Positions 1 through 9,561 of a stretch of DNA of 64,000 nucleotides are shown one piece after another. A program made the position numbers and the translations under genes. The stretch covers positions 5,184,001 through 5,248,000 of the forward strand of contig OY760175.1 of NCBI GenBank assembly GCA_963663165.1, given 5' to 3'. This DNA is from an uncultured Desulfospira sp. Lineage in GTDB: Bacteria; Desulfobacterota; Desulfobacteria; Desulfobacterales; Desulfobacteraceae. The notes beneath the pieces are model-generated. The model was not told the origin of the DNA. It saw only the letters and a program-made list of their open reading frames with translations, and made no database searches. Position 1 is the first letter of the stretch. Every line of letters begins with the position of its first letter.

Positions 1-67
1 CACTCGTTGAAGTTAATTTAAAAATAGGGTGTTCATCATATGGTTTTAAGAATATGATCGCCTTATT

Positions 68-1345
68 CTATTTGTAGCCCTCAGGGAACGGATCCGGCTC
101 AATCAGGTCGTCAGACTCGGCAATAACTTCAAACTGTCCGTTTGAGAGCATTTTTCCGATTTTTGCACGGGACCACAGATGATGGTTTTTGTGAATCCGA
201 ACATACCCTTCCGGTGCATTGGGGAATTCAATCCCTTCAGAGGCTACAGCGATTTTGTCAACATCAAAGCTGCCGGCTTTTTCAACTGTGTATTTCCAGA
301 GCCACGGGCCAAGATAGGCTGCCTGGGTTACGTCGCCGATGACAGAGTCATCACCCCACATGGCTTTGAAGTCAGCAACAAACTTCAGGTTGTTTTCATT
401 GGTAAGACTCTGGAAATATTTTGCACAGGTGTAGAATCCAGCCACGTTCTGTCCGCCGATGCCGAGAATTTCGTCTTCAGTGGTTGAAATGGTCAGCAGA
501 AGTTTATTTTTCTTGGCCAGTGATTCACCGGTAATGCCGGCTGCGTTAAGCTGTTTGTACCAGGATACGTTGGAACCGCCAACAACGATAGAGTAGATAC
601 AGTCAGGCTTTTTGAGCTTTACTTTGTTGATCAGCGAGTTGAAGTTGGTGTGTCCGAGAGGATAATATTCTTCGCCTACAACCTTGCAGTCTTTCAGGTG
701 CTTTTCAATATGGATCCGGGCAATTTTGTTACTCGTCCGGGGCCAGATATAATCGGAGCCAATCAGGAAGAATGTACGGCAGCCCTGTTTGTATGCCCAG
801 TCCAGGCCCCAGATAATCTGCTGAGTTGCTTCCTGGCCGGTATAGATAACGTTTTTGGATGCCTCTAAGCCTTCATAAAATGTCGGATAGTAAAGCATGC
901 CGTTCTCTTTTTCAAATACGGGGAGAACCGCTTTACGGGAGGCGGAGGTCCAGCAGCCGAATACAGAGGCGACTTTATCATTCACCAGAAGCTTTTTGGC
1001 TTTTTCTGCAAAGGTCGGCCAGTCACTGGCACCGTCTTCCTGGATAATTTTAATTTTTCTTCCTAAAATACCGCCCATCTCATTGATCTGCTTAATGGCG
1101 AGACGTTCGGCTTCTACGGACCCGGTTTCTGAAATGGCCATGGTTCCGGTTACGGAGTGGAGCTGGCCTACGGTGACATAATCGTCTCCAACGGCAATGC
1201 CGGATGTATTAACAGCTGAAGTCGGGTATTTATCAAGTACGGGATTTTTCCAGTCATCTGCAAATGCTGAAGATCCCATTGCTACAATGCAGGCAGTCAG
1301 TGTGAGTATCATTTTTGCTGCTTTGTTAAAGACGCACTTATTCAT
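68..1345 (-). CDS. urtA: Urea/short-amide ABC transporter substrate-binding protein (UrtA/FmdD family)
   Basis: Signal peptide. Motifs GQLHSVTGTMAISE, DGASDWPTFAEKAKKLL, FGCWTSASRKAVLPVFE and YPTFYEGLE are typical of UrtA. Permease and ATPase genes presumably lie left of the window. Confidence 0.85.
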   Translation of the reverse strand: MNKCVFNKAAKMILTLTACIVAMGSSAFADDWKNPVLDKYPTSAVNTSGIAVGDDYVTVGQLHSVTGTMAISETGSVEAERLAIKQINEMGGILGRKIKIIQEDGASDWPTFAEKAKKLLVNDKVASVFGCWTSASRKAVLPVFEKENGMLYYPTFYEGLEASKNVIYTGQEATQQIIWGLDWAYKQGCRTFFLIGSDYIWPRTSNKIARIHIEKHLKDCKVVGEEYYPLGHTNFNSLINKVKLKKPDCIYSIVVGGSNVSWYKQLNAAGITGESLAKKNKLLLTISTTEDEILGIGGQNVAGFYTCAKYFQSLTNENNLKFVADFKAMWGDDSVIGDVTQAAYLGPWLWKYTVEKAGSFDVDKIAVASEGIEFPNAPEGYVRIHKNHHLWSRAKIGKMLSNGQFEVIAESDDLIEPDPFPEGYK

Positions 1346-1476
1346 GTGAAAATCCTTTTCAAAAAATTTCCTGTAAGCAGGGATAAGATGGTCCTTTCTA
1401 AATAAAGGTGGGGTATCAAATCCCTGCTTTGGGATTATATCAATTATTATGGTAAAATGTTGATTTTATTGAAGAA

Positions 1477-2484
1477 CTATTTGGGCATGGGTCCTAATTT
1501 GACGCCGTCGGGATAATATTTCCAGCCATCGCGTACTTTGATTTTGTCATCCCAGGGCAGCTTGTATTCGCCATTGGCAAGGTCCTTAACCCAAGTCAGA
1601 TAGTTCTCTTTTTCACCACCGGGTTTGCCTACATAGGCCCTGCAACCCAGGTTGAAAATGTTATTTTCAAGGGCCCAGTTTTCACGGGCTTTGTCTACAA
1701 GGCGGGGGAAAAGTTCTGCGGTAACAATTTCCCACGGATTCCGGTGACCCTGCTGGAGAACATTGCCGTCATAGTTGCAGACAGTTCCTTCACCAAAGTA
1801 GTAAAATACGCCATCATAGCCGGCAAGGTTAACCGCGATGGTATACATAAGGTTTTGCCAGGCATTGGTCCGGTTGGTCCAGATCCACTGGTCATTCACC
1901 TGGGTAGAGTAACCGGAAATACGGATGTAAACATTACATCCTTTGTAAGCGGCTTCTCTGGCCAGTTCCGGGAACATGCCGTCATGGCAGATACAAACGG
2001 CCAGTTTTGAGCCTTTGGGGCCATCGCAAACAGGCATGCCGTAGTTGCCGGGAGACCACGGTTCAATGGGAACCCAGGGTTGGAGTTTTCTGTAATGCAG
2101 TGCGATTTCACCGTCACTATTAATAATGATAGCGGTGTTGTAAGGCGGAAGAGTGGGGTCTTCATTTTTTTCCATTAAGGAAAATACACCCCATACCTTA
2201 TTGCGTACACAGGCCTCTTTGAATTTGGAAATTTCAGGGCTGTCGATGGTCAGCAGCATTTCGTCATAGGTCCAGATGGCGGTATTAAGGCCCTGGGTAG
2301 AATATTCCGGCATGACAATCAGGTCCAGATCCGGGTAGCCTGCTTTAGTGGAATCAATCGCTTTGCAGATTTGGCTAACCTGGGTCTGAATATCTTCAGG
2401 ACCTTTGATGACCGGAACCGGATACTGAATCATTGCAACCAATAGAGCTTCTTCCCAAGCGCTAACACTTCCTGTACTTCCCAT
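1477..2484 (-). CDS. amiF: Formamidase (AmiF, nitrilase superfamily)
   Basis: N-terminus MGSTGS...[22 protein letters not shown] (Glu), [13 protein letters not shown] (Lys) and ICHDGMFPE (Cys) match AmiF. Start moved to ATG 2484, which has an AGGAGA RBS. Confidence 0.9.
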   Translation of the reverse strand: MGSTGSVSAWEEALLVAMIQYPVPVIKGPEDIQTQVSQICKAIDSTKAGYPDLDLIVMPEYSTQGLNTAIWTYDEMLLTIDSPEISKFKEACVRNKVWGVFSLMEKNEDPTLPPYNTAIIINSDGEIALHYRKLQPWVPIEPWSPGNYGMPVCDGPKGSKLAVCICHDGMFPELAREAAYKGCNVYIRISGYSTQVNDQWIWTNRTNAWQNLMYTIAVNLAGYDGVFYYFGEGTVCNYDGNVLQQGHRNPWEIVTAELFPRLVDKARENWALENNIFNLGCRAYVGKPGGEKENYLTWVKDLANGEYKLPWDDKIKVRDGWKYYPDGVKLGPMPK

Positions 2485-2653
2485 AGTTTTTCTCCTTGCC
2501 ATATCTTGGCGTTTTAAATGTAAATATTGTTGTCAATGCTTTATAAAAGCAGGCCAACATAAACCTCTAAGTAAATGACCCGGTTGCAAGAAAAGGGGTT
2601 TGTTCTCTTTGTATAAACCGCCAATCTTGCTGATCGAGTCACCATCTTACAAA

Positions 2654-2670
2654 AGCAAATGACGTACCAA
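2654..2670 (-). promoter_or_regulatory. Sigma-54 (-24/-12) promoter for amiF-urtA
   Basis: Minus strand reads TTGGTACGTCATTTGCT: GG-N10-GC, one mismatch to TGGCACG-N4-TTGCW, about 170 bp upstream of amiF. Confidence 0.75.
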
Positions 2671-3279
2671 CTGAAAAATACAAATTGTAACCACCTAATA
2701 TATTAGCATTATTTTTTTATTGTAGTTGCTTTCTGCGGGGTTGCTTTGGGGATGTTGGCTTTGTTTGCGTGCAATAATATGCAGTAAAATGAATTTATAA
2801 ACAATATTGTTGTTTTATATATTACTATTTTGTAATTTAGATTTAATTTTTTTTAACGCGGCTGCAAATCTTAGTTCTTTTCATTGGTGCCGCAATAATT
2901 GGTTAGGAAAAAATAATAAGTATATTAAAAGGTTATTTTGTCATTTCAAAATAATATAAAAACAGATTTAATTGGGTTGACAAAACCGTTTATAACAAAA
3001 ATGAAATCGGCCCATCTGGTAGCAATCCCAACCGGCCCTCAAATGCCATATCAGGAATCCGGAAATACCTTAATTGATTTTTGGAAATCCAGGGCACTTG
3101 GTTTTAAGGGCTCTGTCATTCCTGTCTGTGAAGGACTAATGGAAGGAAAGAACAGTTTTGAAATAAAAGTGGCGGGATATTGTGCGGCGTTTCACACGGT
3201 GTCGCTGTTGGCCTTATGCCCGGATCCTTAAAATTTGAGGCAGAGACAGGCAAGGGATTTAAAAATAAAAGCGTTAAAA

Positions 3280-3355
3280 TGGAGCCGGCGAACGGACTCG
3301 AACCGTTGACTTGCTCATTACGAGTGAGCTACTCTACCACCTGAGTTACGCCGGC
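3280..3355 (-). tRNA. tRNA-Thr (anticodon CGT)
   Basis: Reverse complement gives acceptor stem GCCGGCG/CGCCGGC, D-loop TGGTAGAG, anticodon arm GCTCA-CT-CGT-AA-TGAGC, GGTTCGAGTCC T-loop and an encoded CCA. Confidence 0.97.
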
Positions 3356-3698
3356 TTTCGATCGCAAACACTATATATCAGGGCTTCATATGATTTTCAA
3401 TCAAAAAAAGATATCCCGCAAAATAGCGAAAAACAGCCCTTTTTTCCCGTTTCTACGGGAAAAATGCAGGAAAAAAGAGGCGGTTAACAAAGCCAGGCCA
3501 TTTGGGCTTTCAATCAGAAGTTACGGCAGGGCCGACCCCTTCAAATTTAAAACGTCCTGGCCGGATTTTTCTCTTTTCCCCTGTTATATAAGGCAGATCA
3601 TTGATTTTTATGCCAAAGCCCTGTAAGAAATTGACATTAACTGTTTGAGACCTGCGGCTGGCTGTTGCGGCCTCTAATAAAATACGGGTGGAGATTAT

Positions 3699-4394
3699 AT
3701 GCGTCTGGAGTGCCAGGGTCTGGATTTTACTTATCCCGGATCTGATACCGCTGTCCTGGAAAATTTAAGTTTCGTGATGGAAGAACCCGGATTCAATGCG
3801 GTATTCGGCCCTTCAGGGGTGGGCAAAACATCCTTTGCCAAACTTTTGGCAGAAAAGGCAACAGATCCGCATCCCCCTGGTTTAGTGGCCCGGGGCATTC
3901 GAACCATCCTGTATTCCTACAATCTTGAGCGCCTGCCCGGCTGGTCCAGTGCCGGCTCTCATCTGGAAAAAATCTGCCCGGCCGGCAGGGAAGAGTTAAA
4001 AGCTGAGCTGATCCGGATTTTTATGCTGGAACCGGTCCTGGGAGCCCGGTTTTCAAAATTATCCATGGGCCAGCAGAACCGCATGAACCTGATCCGGTAT
4101 CTGTTGCAGGACTTTGACCTGCTGATTCTGGATGAAAGCCTGGCCAACGTGGATGAAAAGCTTCGCGAGGAGATTGTTCTGGCGGTTAAGGCGTTGTTTC
4201 CCGATAAAATGTTTCTTTATATTTCCCACAATTTGATGGAGGTGGCCAAATTCTGCCGGGATATTTTGATTTTAGGGGAGTCTTCAGGGAAAAAGAGCAG
4301 CCGGATGGTAAAGGGGCTGGATTATCAACTGGGGTATCAGCCGGATAAACCGGCCCTGGACAAAGCCATGCTGGAGATCATGAATGCTTTTTAG
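3699..4394 (+). CDS. ABC transporter ATP-binding protein (NitT/TauT-like)
   Basis: Walker A GPSGVGKT, signature LSMGQQNR, Walker B LLILDE, H-loop ISH. Confidence 0.9.
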   Translation: MRLECQGLDFTYPGSDTAVLENLSFVMEEPGFNAVFGPSGVGKTSFAKLLAEKATDPHPPGLVARGIRTILYSYNLERLPGWSSAGSHLEKICPAGREELKAELIRIFMLEPVLGARFSKLSMGQQNRMNLIRYLLQDFDLLILDESLANVDEKLREEIVLAVKALFPDKMFLYISHNLMEVAKFCRDILILGESSGKKSSRMVKGLDYQLGYQPDKPALDKAMLEIMNAF

Positions 4395-5148
4395 GCGGAT
4401 GGTTCAGTTCTTAATGGTTTTCTGTGTGGGGCTTGCCTGCCTGTTGCTGCTAAAACACCTTTTAACCCTGTCGGATTATGTTATTCCCGGCATTCCTTTG
4501 ATTATGGAAACCGCTGCCCGGGTATGGAAAGATTATTTTTTTGATGTACTGGATACGTTGTCAGTGACGGTGCTGGGGCAGGGGATTTCCATTATGATGG
4601 CCTTTACCGTGGGGGTTCTGGGCCGGAAATCTTCCTTTGCCGGCTCCATGATAAGGGTAACGGCCTATAATATCCAGGCGTATCCCATTGTGGCCCTGGC
4701 CCCGATTATTTTTATCCTTTTAGGGGACGGTTTTTTGTCCCGGCTGATCATTGCCTCCATGATCTGCTATTTTCCCCTGCTCTTATCCGTGCTCGGGATT
4801 ATGTCGGCCCCGGTTGACGATATTGAACATTTTTATAAGGCCACGGGCCGGATGCGCTGGCAGCTGGAGGTAAAAATTCGCGCCTTTGAAAATTTGAGCA
4901 AGCTGACCACAGTGATCTCCGGTTCTACCACCCTGGCCATGGCCGGGACCATCGTGGCTGAGTTTATTGCAGCCAACGCCGGTATCGGTTATAGTATCCG
5001 TATTGCCCTTTACCAGAGTGACCTTGCCGGGGTTCTGGCGGCGTTGTTTGTGATCGGAATCGTGGTGTCCGTATACCAGGGGGTTCTGGAGGGCGTTGGC
5101 GAGCAGATAAAAACAAGATGGGCTGGTTTAAAGGAAGAAAGCTTATGA
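4384..5148 (+). CDS. ABC transporter permease (NitT/TauT-like)
   Basis: Multiple TM segments; AEFIAANAGIGY motif typical of SsuC/TauC permeases. Confidence 0.85.
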   Translation: MLFRRMVQFLMVFCVGLACLLLLKHLLTLSDYVIPGIPLIMETAARVWKDYFFDVLDTLSVTVLGQGISIMMAFTVGVLGRKSSFAGSMIRVTAYNIQAYPIVALAPIIFILLGDGFLSRLIIASMICYFPLLLSVLGIMSAPVDDIEHFYKATGRMRWQLEVKIRAFENLSKLTTVISGSTTLAMAGTIVAEFIAANAGIGYSIRIALYQSDLAGVLAALFVIGIVVSVYQGVLEGVGEQIKTRWAGLKEESL

Positions 5149-6134
5149 TTAGATTTTCGAAGATGTTCATTCCTTTTATTCTGTTTTTAATGGCAGTCCC
5201 CGGCGGGGGCAGCGCCTCAGATATTCACTTAAACTACAGGCTTAAATGGGTGTTCAACGCCAGTGTGGCCGGCGACATCATGGCCGGTGCCCAGGGGTAT
5301 TTCAGGCAGGCCGGGCTTGATGTCAAGGTCAAGGAGGGCAGTCCTGAAAAAAACGCCATCAAGGAACTGGAGCTTGGGTATACCGACTTTGGGGTAGCCT
5401 CGGCCGATCAGGTCATCCGGGCCCTGGACAAGGGGGCCCATGTCATGGTCCTGGCCCAGATTTTTCAGGTCAATCCCATGCAGTGGATCTACCGGTCGGA
5501 CCGGCCTGAGATTAAGACCCTCATGGATTTAAAGGGGCGGCATATTGGAATCACCTATGGGGGAAATGATGAGTTCATCATGAAGGCGGTGCTGGCCCGG
5601 GCAGGCCTTCATATAAATGATGTCATCCTGTCCGGGGTCCGGTTTGATTTTACCCCGTTCTTGAAAAAAAAGGTTGAAATCTGGCCGGTCTATAGAAATT
5701 CCCAAGGGGTGGTACTGGCGGATAAATTGGCCCGGGAGGGGGAAACGGTCCGTTTTTTTAACCCGGCCCAGTTCGGCATCAGTTTTGTGGCCAACTCTGT
5801 GGTGACCTCCCAAAAGATGGTTGAAGAGCGCCCATTGGTTGTCTCAGCCTTTATGACGGCCCTGTTAAAGGCATGGGAAGCCGCCATGGCACCTGAAAAT
5901 GAACATTTAGTCGTGAATGAAATTTTAAAAACAGATCATATCAATACCGAAGAGACCATCAGAAAACAGATCGCCGCCACCCGGGACCTGGTCCGGCCCG
6001 GCCCCCAAACGCCCATGGGAAGAATTGATGTCCGGGCCTGGCAGCAGACCGAAGACATCATGCTCAAGGAAAAATTGATCAAACAGCCGGTACACATTGA
6101 AACAAAACTGGCAGGAAAAAGTTTATCCTATTGA
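5145..6134 (+). CDS. ABC substrate-binding protein, NMT1/THI5-like
   Basis: Signal peptide; LKW...GYFRQAGLDV, DFGVAS and DLKGRHIG motifs. Start taken at ATG 5145, overlapping the permease stop. Confidence 0.8.
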   Translation: MIRFSKMFIPFILFLMAVPGGGSASDIHLNYRLKWVFNASVAGDIMAGAQGYFRQAGLDVKVKEGSPEKNAIKELELGYTDFGVASADQVIRALDKGAHVMVLAQIFQVNPMQWIYRSDRPEIKTLMDLKGRHIGITYGGNDEFIMKAVLARAGLHINDVILSGVRFDFTPFLKKKVEIWPVYRNSQGVVLADKLAREGETVRFFNPAQFGISFVANSVVTSQKMVEERPLVVSAFMTALLKAWEAAMAPENEHLVVNEILKTDHINTEETIRKQIAATRDLVRPGPQTPMGRIDVRAWQQTEDIMLKEKLIKQPVHIETKLAGKSLSY

Positions 6135-6250
6135 TATTCAATCAATTTTCTCATTTTATCTTAATAAAAACGCGGTACCCTATCCCTGATGAACCTAAAA
6201 CGGTGAACTCGCCTGCGAGGCGTTTCACGCGCAATTTCCAAAGAAATGTA

Positions 6251-6646
6251 ATGGGCCAGGGAATTTTGGGAACAATATCTCAATCAGGGGAGATTACCCT
6301 GTTTAACAAAGGCGGACGGCCGGTGGCCTACATCCATCCTGGTGAAGAACCGGTCATCTATTTATGGGGCGGCCGGGCCGTGGCCTATCTGTCCGGCCAT
6401 CATGTCTATGGGTTTAACGGCAGGCATCTCGGGTGGTTTGACCAAGGGGTCATCTTCAACCATTGCGGCGAAAAGATCGGGTTTACGAAAAGTGAATGCC
6501 CCGGCCTGCCCGGTGCGGAGCCCGTTAAAATGGGTAAATTGATTCAGCAGGTCCGGTCCATAAAAGAAACCGCCCCGCCCAAGCCGTTAAGCCCGGTTTC
6601 CATCTCAAATGAAAATTTCGTTTCTTTCCTTACTTCGGGCACCTGA
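6251..6646 (+). CDS. 4-fold beta-flower (Bflower)-like protein
   Basis: Four repeats of the form (L/I/V)(F/Y)xxxG+x(V/L/I)(A/G)(Y/W/F): LFNKGGRPVAY, IYLWGGRAVAY, VYGFNGRHLGW, IFNHCGEKIGF. Start uncertain. Confidence 0.65.
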   Translation: MGQGILGTISQSGEITLFNKGGRPVAYIHPGEEPVIYLWGGRAVAYLSGHHVYGFNGRHLGWFDQGVIFNHCGEKIGFTKSECPGLPGAEPVKMGKLIQQVRSIKETAPPKPLSPVSISNENFVSFLTSGT

Positions 6647-6696
6647 AGCCCTGGTTCGGGAACCAGGCTGACGCGACGGTTAATTTTCAATAAAAT

Positions 6697-6730
6697 GGAC
6701 TTGGGACCTGGGATATGGGACTTGGGGATT
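6697..6730. repeat. 7-bp tandem repeat, GGACTTG family
   Basis: ggacttg ggacctg ggatatg ggacttg gggatt; same family as 54247-54318. Confidence 0.7.
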
Positions 6731-6768
6731 GCCGTATCCATGGCATCCCCCTAAGCGTCATGGGGCAA

Positions 6769-6815
6769 TGGCGGGCAACGCTACGCTGCTACGCTGCTGC
6801 GCTTTTGCCCGCCCC
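6769..6815. repeat. REP-like hairpin between convergent genes
   Basis: GGCGGGCAA...TTGCCCGCC stem enclosing gctacgct repeats. Confidence 0.55.
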
Positions 6816-6841
6816 ATAAATTGTATACAACCGGCATTTAA

Positions 6842-7633
6842 TCAGCTGTCCCCTCTCCTAAGACAGATGAGTGCCGTAATTCCGAAGGCCATCATGAGGG
6901 CTGAGCCCGGAAGCGGTACATTGGAAATGGTTAGATTGTCATAATAATGATAATAAGCAGCGTTCCCTACGGCGGCATCTTCATTGGAGATCCGGACAAA
7001 GTTCAGGTTGTCCACTGCAGTGCTGAAGGATATGCTGGTGAGGGAGGCAACTGCGGTACTTGCACCTGTTTCGTATACGTTGATGTCAAATAGGTCCGTG
7101 TCTGTATTTCCGGAAACTTCAACGGTATACCATTTCTTACTAACAAATCCCGTGGTAACGTCCTGCCAGGCAGAGCCGTCGTGGTAGGCCAGTGATGTAA
7201 TGGAATTGGCATTGGTACTCAGCCAGACGGCAATATTTCCACTGCCGTCCGTCAATGCCAGCGAAGACCGGTCTTCAAGTCCGCCGGCACCAGACCCCAT
7301 ATAGATATCATAGCTGGCGGTAAATACCCCTGAAATCTCGTTAAACCGCTTGGTGGAAACCGCGTCATAATTTTCTGTAGTATTCGTGTTGCTGAGTTTT
7401 ACGCTGAAATAACTGCCGTCTCCAGAAAAGGAGCTGCCTAGGTACACCGTCATCCTGTCCGACCTGCCGGTGGTCTGCCAGTTGTTGCTCTCATCGCCCG
7501 GTTGTCCGTGAATGTTTCCCTGAACATAGTCTTCGCCTGAGCTAAAACTGATGGTTGACGTTGCCGCCCCTGCCGTGGAAACCAATCCAACACAAATTAT
7601 CGCCATCAGACAGGCCCGTAAATTTTTTTTCAT
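6842..7633 (-). CDS. Secreted protein with VPLPA/PEP-CTERM-type sorting signal
   Basis: Signal peptide, Ser/Thr/Asn-rich body, C-terminus NVPLPGSALMMAFGITALICLRRGDS (motif + TM helix + basic tail). Confidence 0.85.
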   Translation of the reverse strand: MKKNLRACLMAIICVGLVSTAGAATSTISFSSGEDYVQGNIHGQPGDESNNWQTTGRSDRMTVYLGSSFSGDGSYFSVKLSNTNTTENYDAVSTKRFNEISGVFTASYDIYMGSGAGGLEDRSSLALTDGSGNIAVWLSTNANSITSLAYHDGSAWQDVTTGFVSKKWYTVEVSGNTDTDLFDINVYETGASTAVASLTSISFSTAVDNLNFVRISNEDAAVGNAAYYHYYDNLTISNVPLPGSALMMAFGITALICLRRGDS

Positions 7634-7737
7634 CCGTTTCTCCTTTTCGGTTGTTACAGAATTATATTATGTTGCTGCTTGACAGGCATCGCTTTTTTAG
7701 AAAGCGATATACATTTTGTTTGTATGAAGGTGATTTA

Positions 7738-7753
7738 TGCATATTCCATGCCT
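7738..7753 (-). promoter_or_regulatory. Candidate sigma-54 promoter of the PEP-CTERM-type gene
   Basis: Minus strand AGGCATGGAATATGCA (GG-N10-GC), about 105 bp upstream of the start. Confidence 0.55.
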
Positions 7754-7983
7754 TCTTTGGGCTGATGGACAGATAATACAAGGTCATCTAAATAATCAGG
7801 CCCTGGGAAACCTGTTGCCATATAAGGGATTTCAGCTTGTTGTTTTCGTTAACTATTTGAAATATCAGTTTTTCTATCAGCAGCGAGGATTTTGGGAGCA
7901 GCAATGAAACAAAGGGGAGAAATTATCTAAAGAATACAATTTTTTAAGACGGTATTTTAGATTGTTATAGCAGGTTCATATTA

Positions 7984-8005
7984 ATTGTGAAAATAAATTC
8001 ACAAT
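7984..8005. promoter_or_regulatory. Palindromic transcription-factor site
   Basis: ATTGTGAA-aataaa-TTCACAAT, perfect 8-bp arms, in the divergent intergenic region. Confidence 0.55.
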
Positions 8006-8159
8006 CAACGCACATTTTTTTCACACTATGGGAAGTTTTTTTCATAGTCAACCCGGAATAGGTCAGATATGATGGGTTAGGCAAGCTTTACAAAACCGGC
8101 AAGTCCTATTATGATCAAGACAACAAAAACAACCTGAAAAATCAAATGGCTGGGTATAA

Positions 8160-8480
8160 ATGACAAATGAAAACCAAAGGACTGAGCTCAGGGGCACTGC
8201 CGGGGTCGATTCAAGTGTTGAATTTAAGCCTGTAAATGCGGAACTGGCCTATCTGTTTAAACTCCGGGACTATTCACGAAAGGGTCTTGGTATTCTGGTT
8301 AATGAAAATTCAAAAGTGTTGCAATCCATCAAGGCCGGGGATGAACTGGATATGAAGCTTTATCAGGGCAATGACTCCCCGGCTCCGGTACCTGTCCGGG
8401 CAAGAATCCAGCATATATCCCGCCCGGCCGGGGGGCCGCAGACCAATCATCTGATTGTGGGGCTTTTAATTCTGAAGTAG
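8160..8480 (+). CDS. PilZ-domain-like protein
   Basis: N-terminal RxxxR (QRTELR) and DYSRKGLG (D/N-x-S-x-x-G); 106 aa. Confidence 0.75.
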   Translation: MTNENQRTELRGTAGVDSSVEFKPVNAELAYLFKLRDYSRKGLGILVNENSKVLQSIKAGDELDMKLYQGNDSPAPVPVRARIQHISRPAGGPQTNHLIVGLLILK

Positions 8481-8532
8481 GGTCCCCTTTTTGCCGGTTT
8501 TAAGTCCGGGAATGGGGAAAGGAATAAGTGAA

Positions 8533-9561
8533 ATGAAGACAGCAAAAAGGTCTGTTGCCGGCGCTTGCCTGGCCCTTTTTTTCTGCGTGTTCGCTTATCG
8601 CGGCGTCATGGCCGATTCCAGGGTTATCCGAATCGGTACCGGCGGTAAAACAGGGGTTTATTATCCTGTGGGCAAACTGCTGGCATTTGGGCTCACCCGG
8701 CAGTATGCCGGAAAAGATTTATTCTGGGAAAATGGTCAGGCCAACGACTCAGGGCTTATTGCCGTTGCCCAGAATTCAGCCGGATCGGTAGAAAATATCA
8801 ATACCATTCTTTCTGGCGAAACAGAGTTGGGCCTGGTTCAGGCCGATGTGGCATTTGAGGCTTACAAATCCCTGGGGCCCTTTAAGGAAACACCGGATAG
8901 CGAAAATATCCGGGCCGTTGCCAGTCTGTATCCGGAGAAATTTCAGATCGTGGTCAGAAAAGATGCGGGAATTCACCAGGTCAGCCAGTTAAAGGGGAAA
9001 CGGATTTCCCTGGATGAGCAGGGATCCGGAACCCTGACGGTCATGCGGATTGTGATGAATGCCTGCGGCCTTTCAGAAGAAGACCTGCTGCCGGTTTATC
9101 TAAAGCCCGTATTTACCCGGGAAAAAATGCTTGCCGGTGACCTGGACGGGTTTGCCATGATGGCGGGCGTCCCTATGGAAGCCGTATCCGACCTGTCCCG
9201 GATCGGGGTGTCCCTGGTGCCCATCAAAGATGAATGTCTATATAAAATCAATGAAAGCTACCCCCATCTGGTGAGGGGGATTATTCCTGCCGGAATCTAT
9301 CCGGGTATCCCCGATACCCAGACGATTCAGGTGTTTGCCCTGCTGGTGGTTCATGCCCAAATGGATCCGGCCCTTGTGTTTAAGATTACCAAAGGCTTGT
9401 GGAGTGAATCCATGGGGGAGCTGTTTGCCCAGGGGCATCCCCAGGCATCTGAAATTAAACTTCAAACCGCCTTAACCGGGTTGAGCATCCCCTTTCACCA
9501 GGGGGCAAAAAAATTTTACACCAGCGTTGGCCTGTCGGTTGAGGGAGGCTGCCTTCAGTGA
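8533..9561 (+). CDS. TAXI family TRAP substrate-binding protein
   Basis: IGTGGKTGVYYPVG, SAGSVENI, GLVQADVA, LYPE, GSGT and IPFHQGAKKFY motifs. Confidence 0.9.
   Translation: MKTAKRSVAGACLALFFCVFAYRGVMADSRVIRIGTGGKTGVYYPVGKLLAFGLTRQYAGKDLFWENGQANDSGLIAVAQNSAGSVENINTILSGETELGLVQADVAFEAYKSLGPFKETPDSENIRAVASLYPEKFQIVVRKDAGIHQVSQLKGKRISLDEQGSGTLTVMRIVMNACGLSEEDLLPVYLKPVFTREKMLAGDLDGFAMMAGVPMEAVSDLSRIGVSLVPIKDECLYKINESYPHLVRGIIPAGIYPGIPDTQTIQVFALLVVHAQMDPALVFKITKGLWSESMGELFAQGHPQASEIKLQTALTGLSIPFHQGAKKFYTSVGLSVEGGCLQ

Noticed and set aside
2938..3231. 97-aa ORF next to the tRNA, considered as an integrase remnant
   Set aside because: TTG start without a clear RBS and no recombinase motif.
3400..3698. 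TPP riboswitch expected before an NMT1/THI5-type ABC system
   Set aside because: No CTGAGA or CCTGA...AATGC core found.
6184..6232. Hammerhead-like CTGATGA-stem-GAA sequence
   Set aside because: It reads GAAC rather than GAAA, and stems I and III are not convincing.
7984..8005. Assignment of the palindrome to Rex or CRP
   Set aside because: Spacing is 2 bp longer than Rex (TTGTGAA-N4-TTCACAA) and CRP (TGTGA-N6-TCACA) sites.
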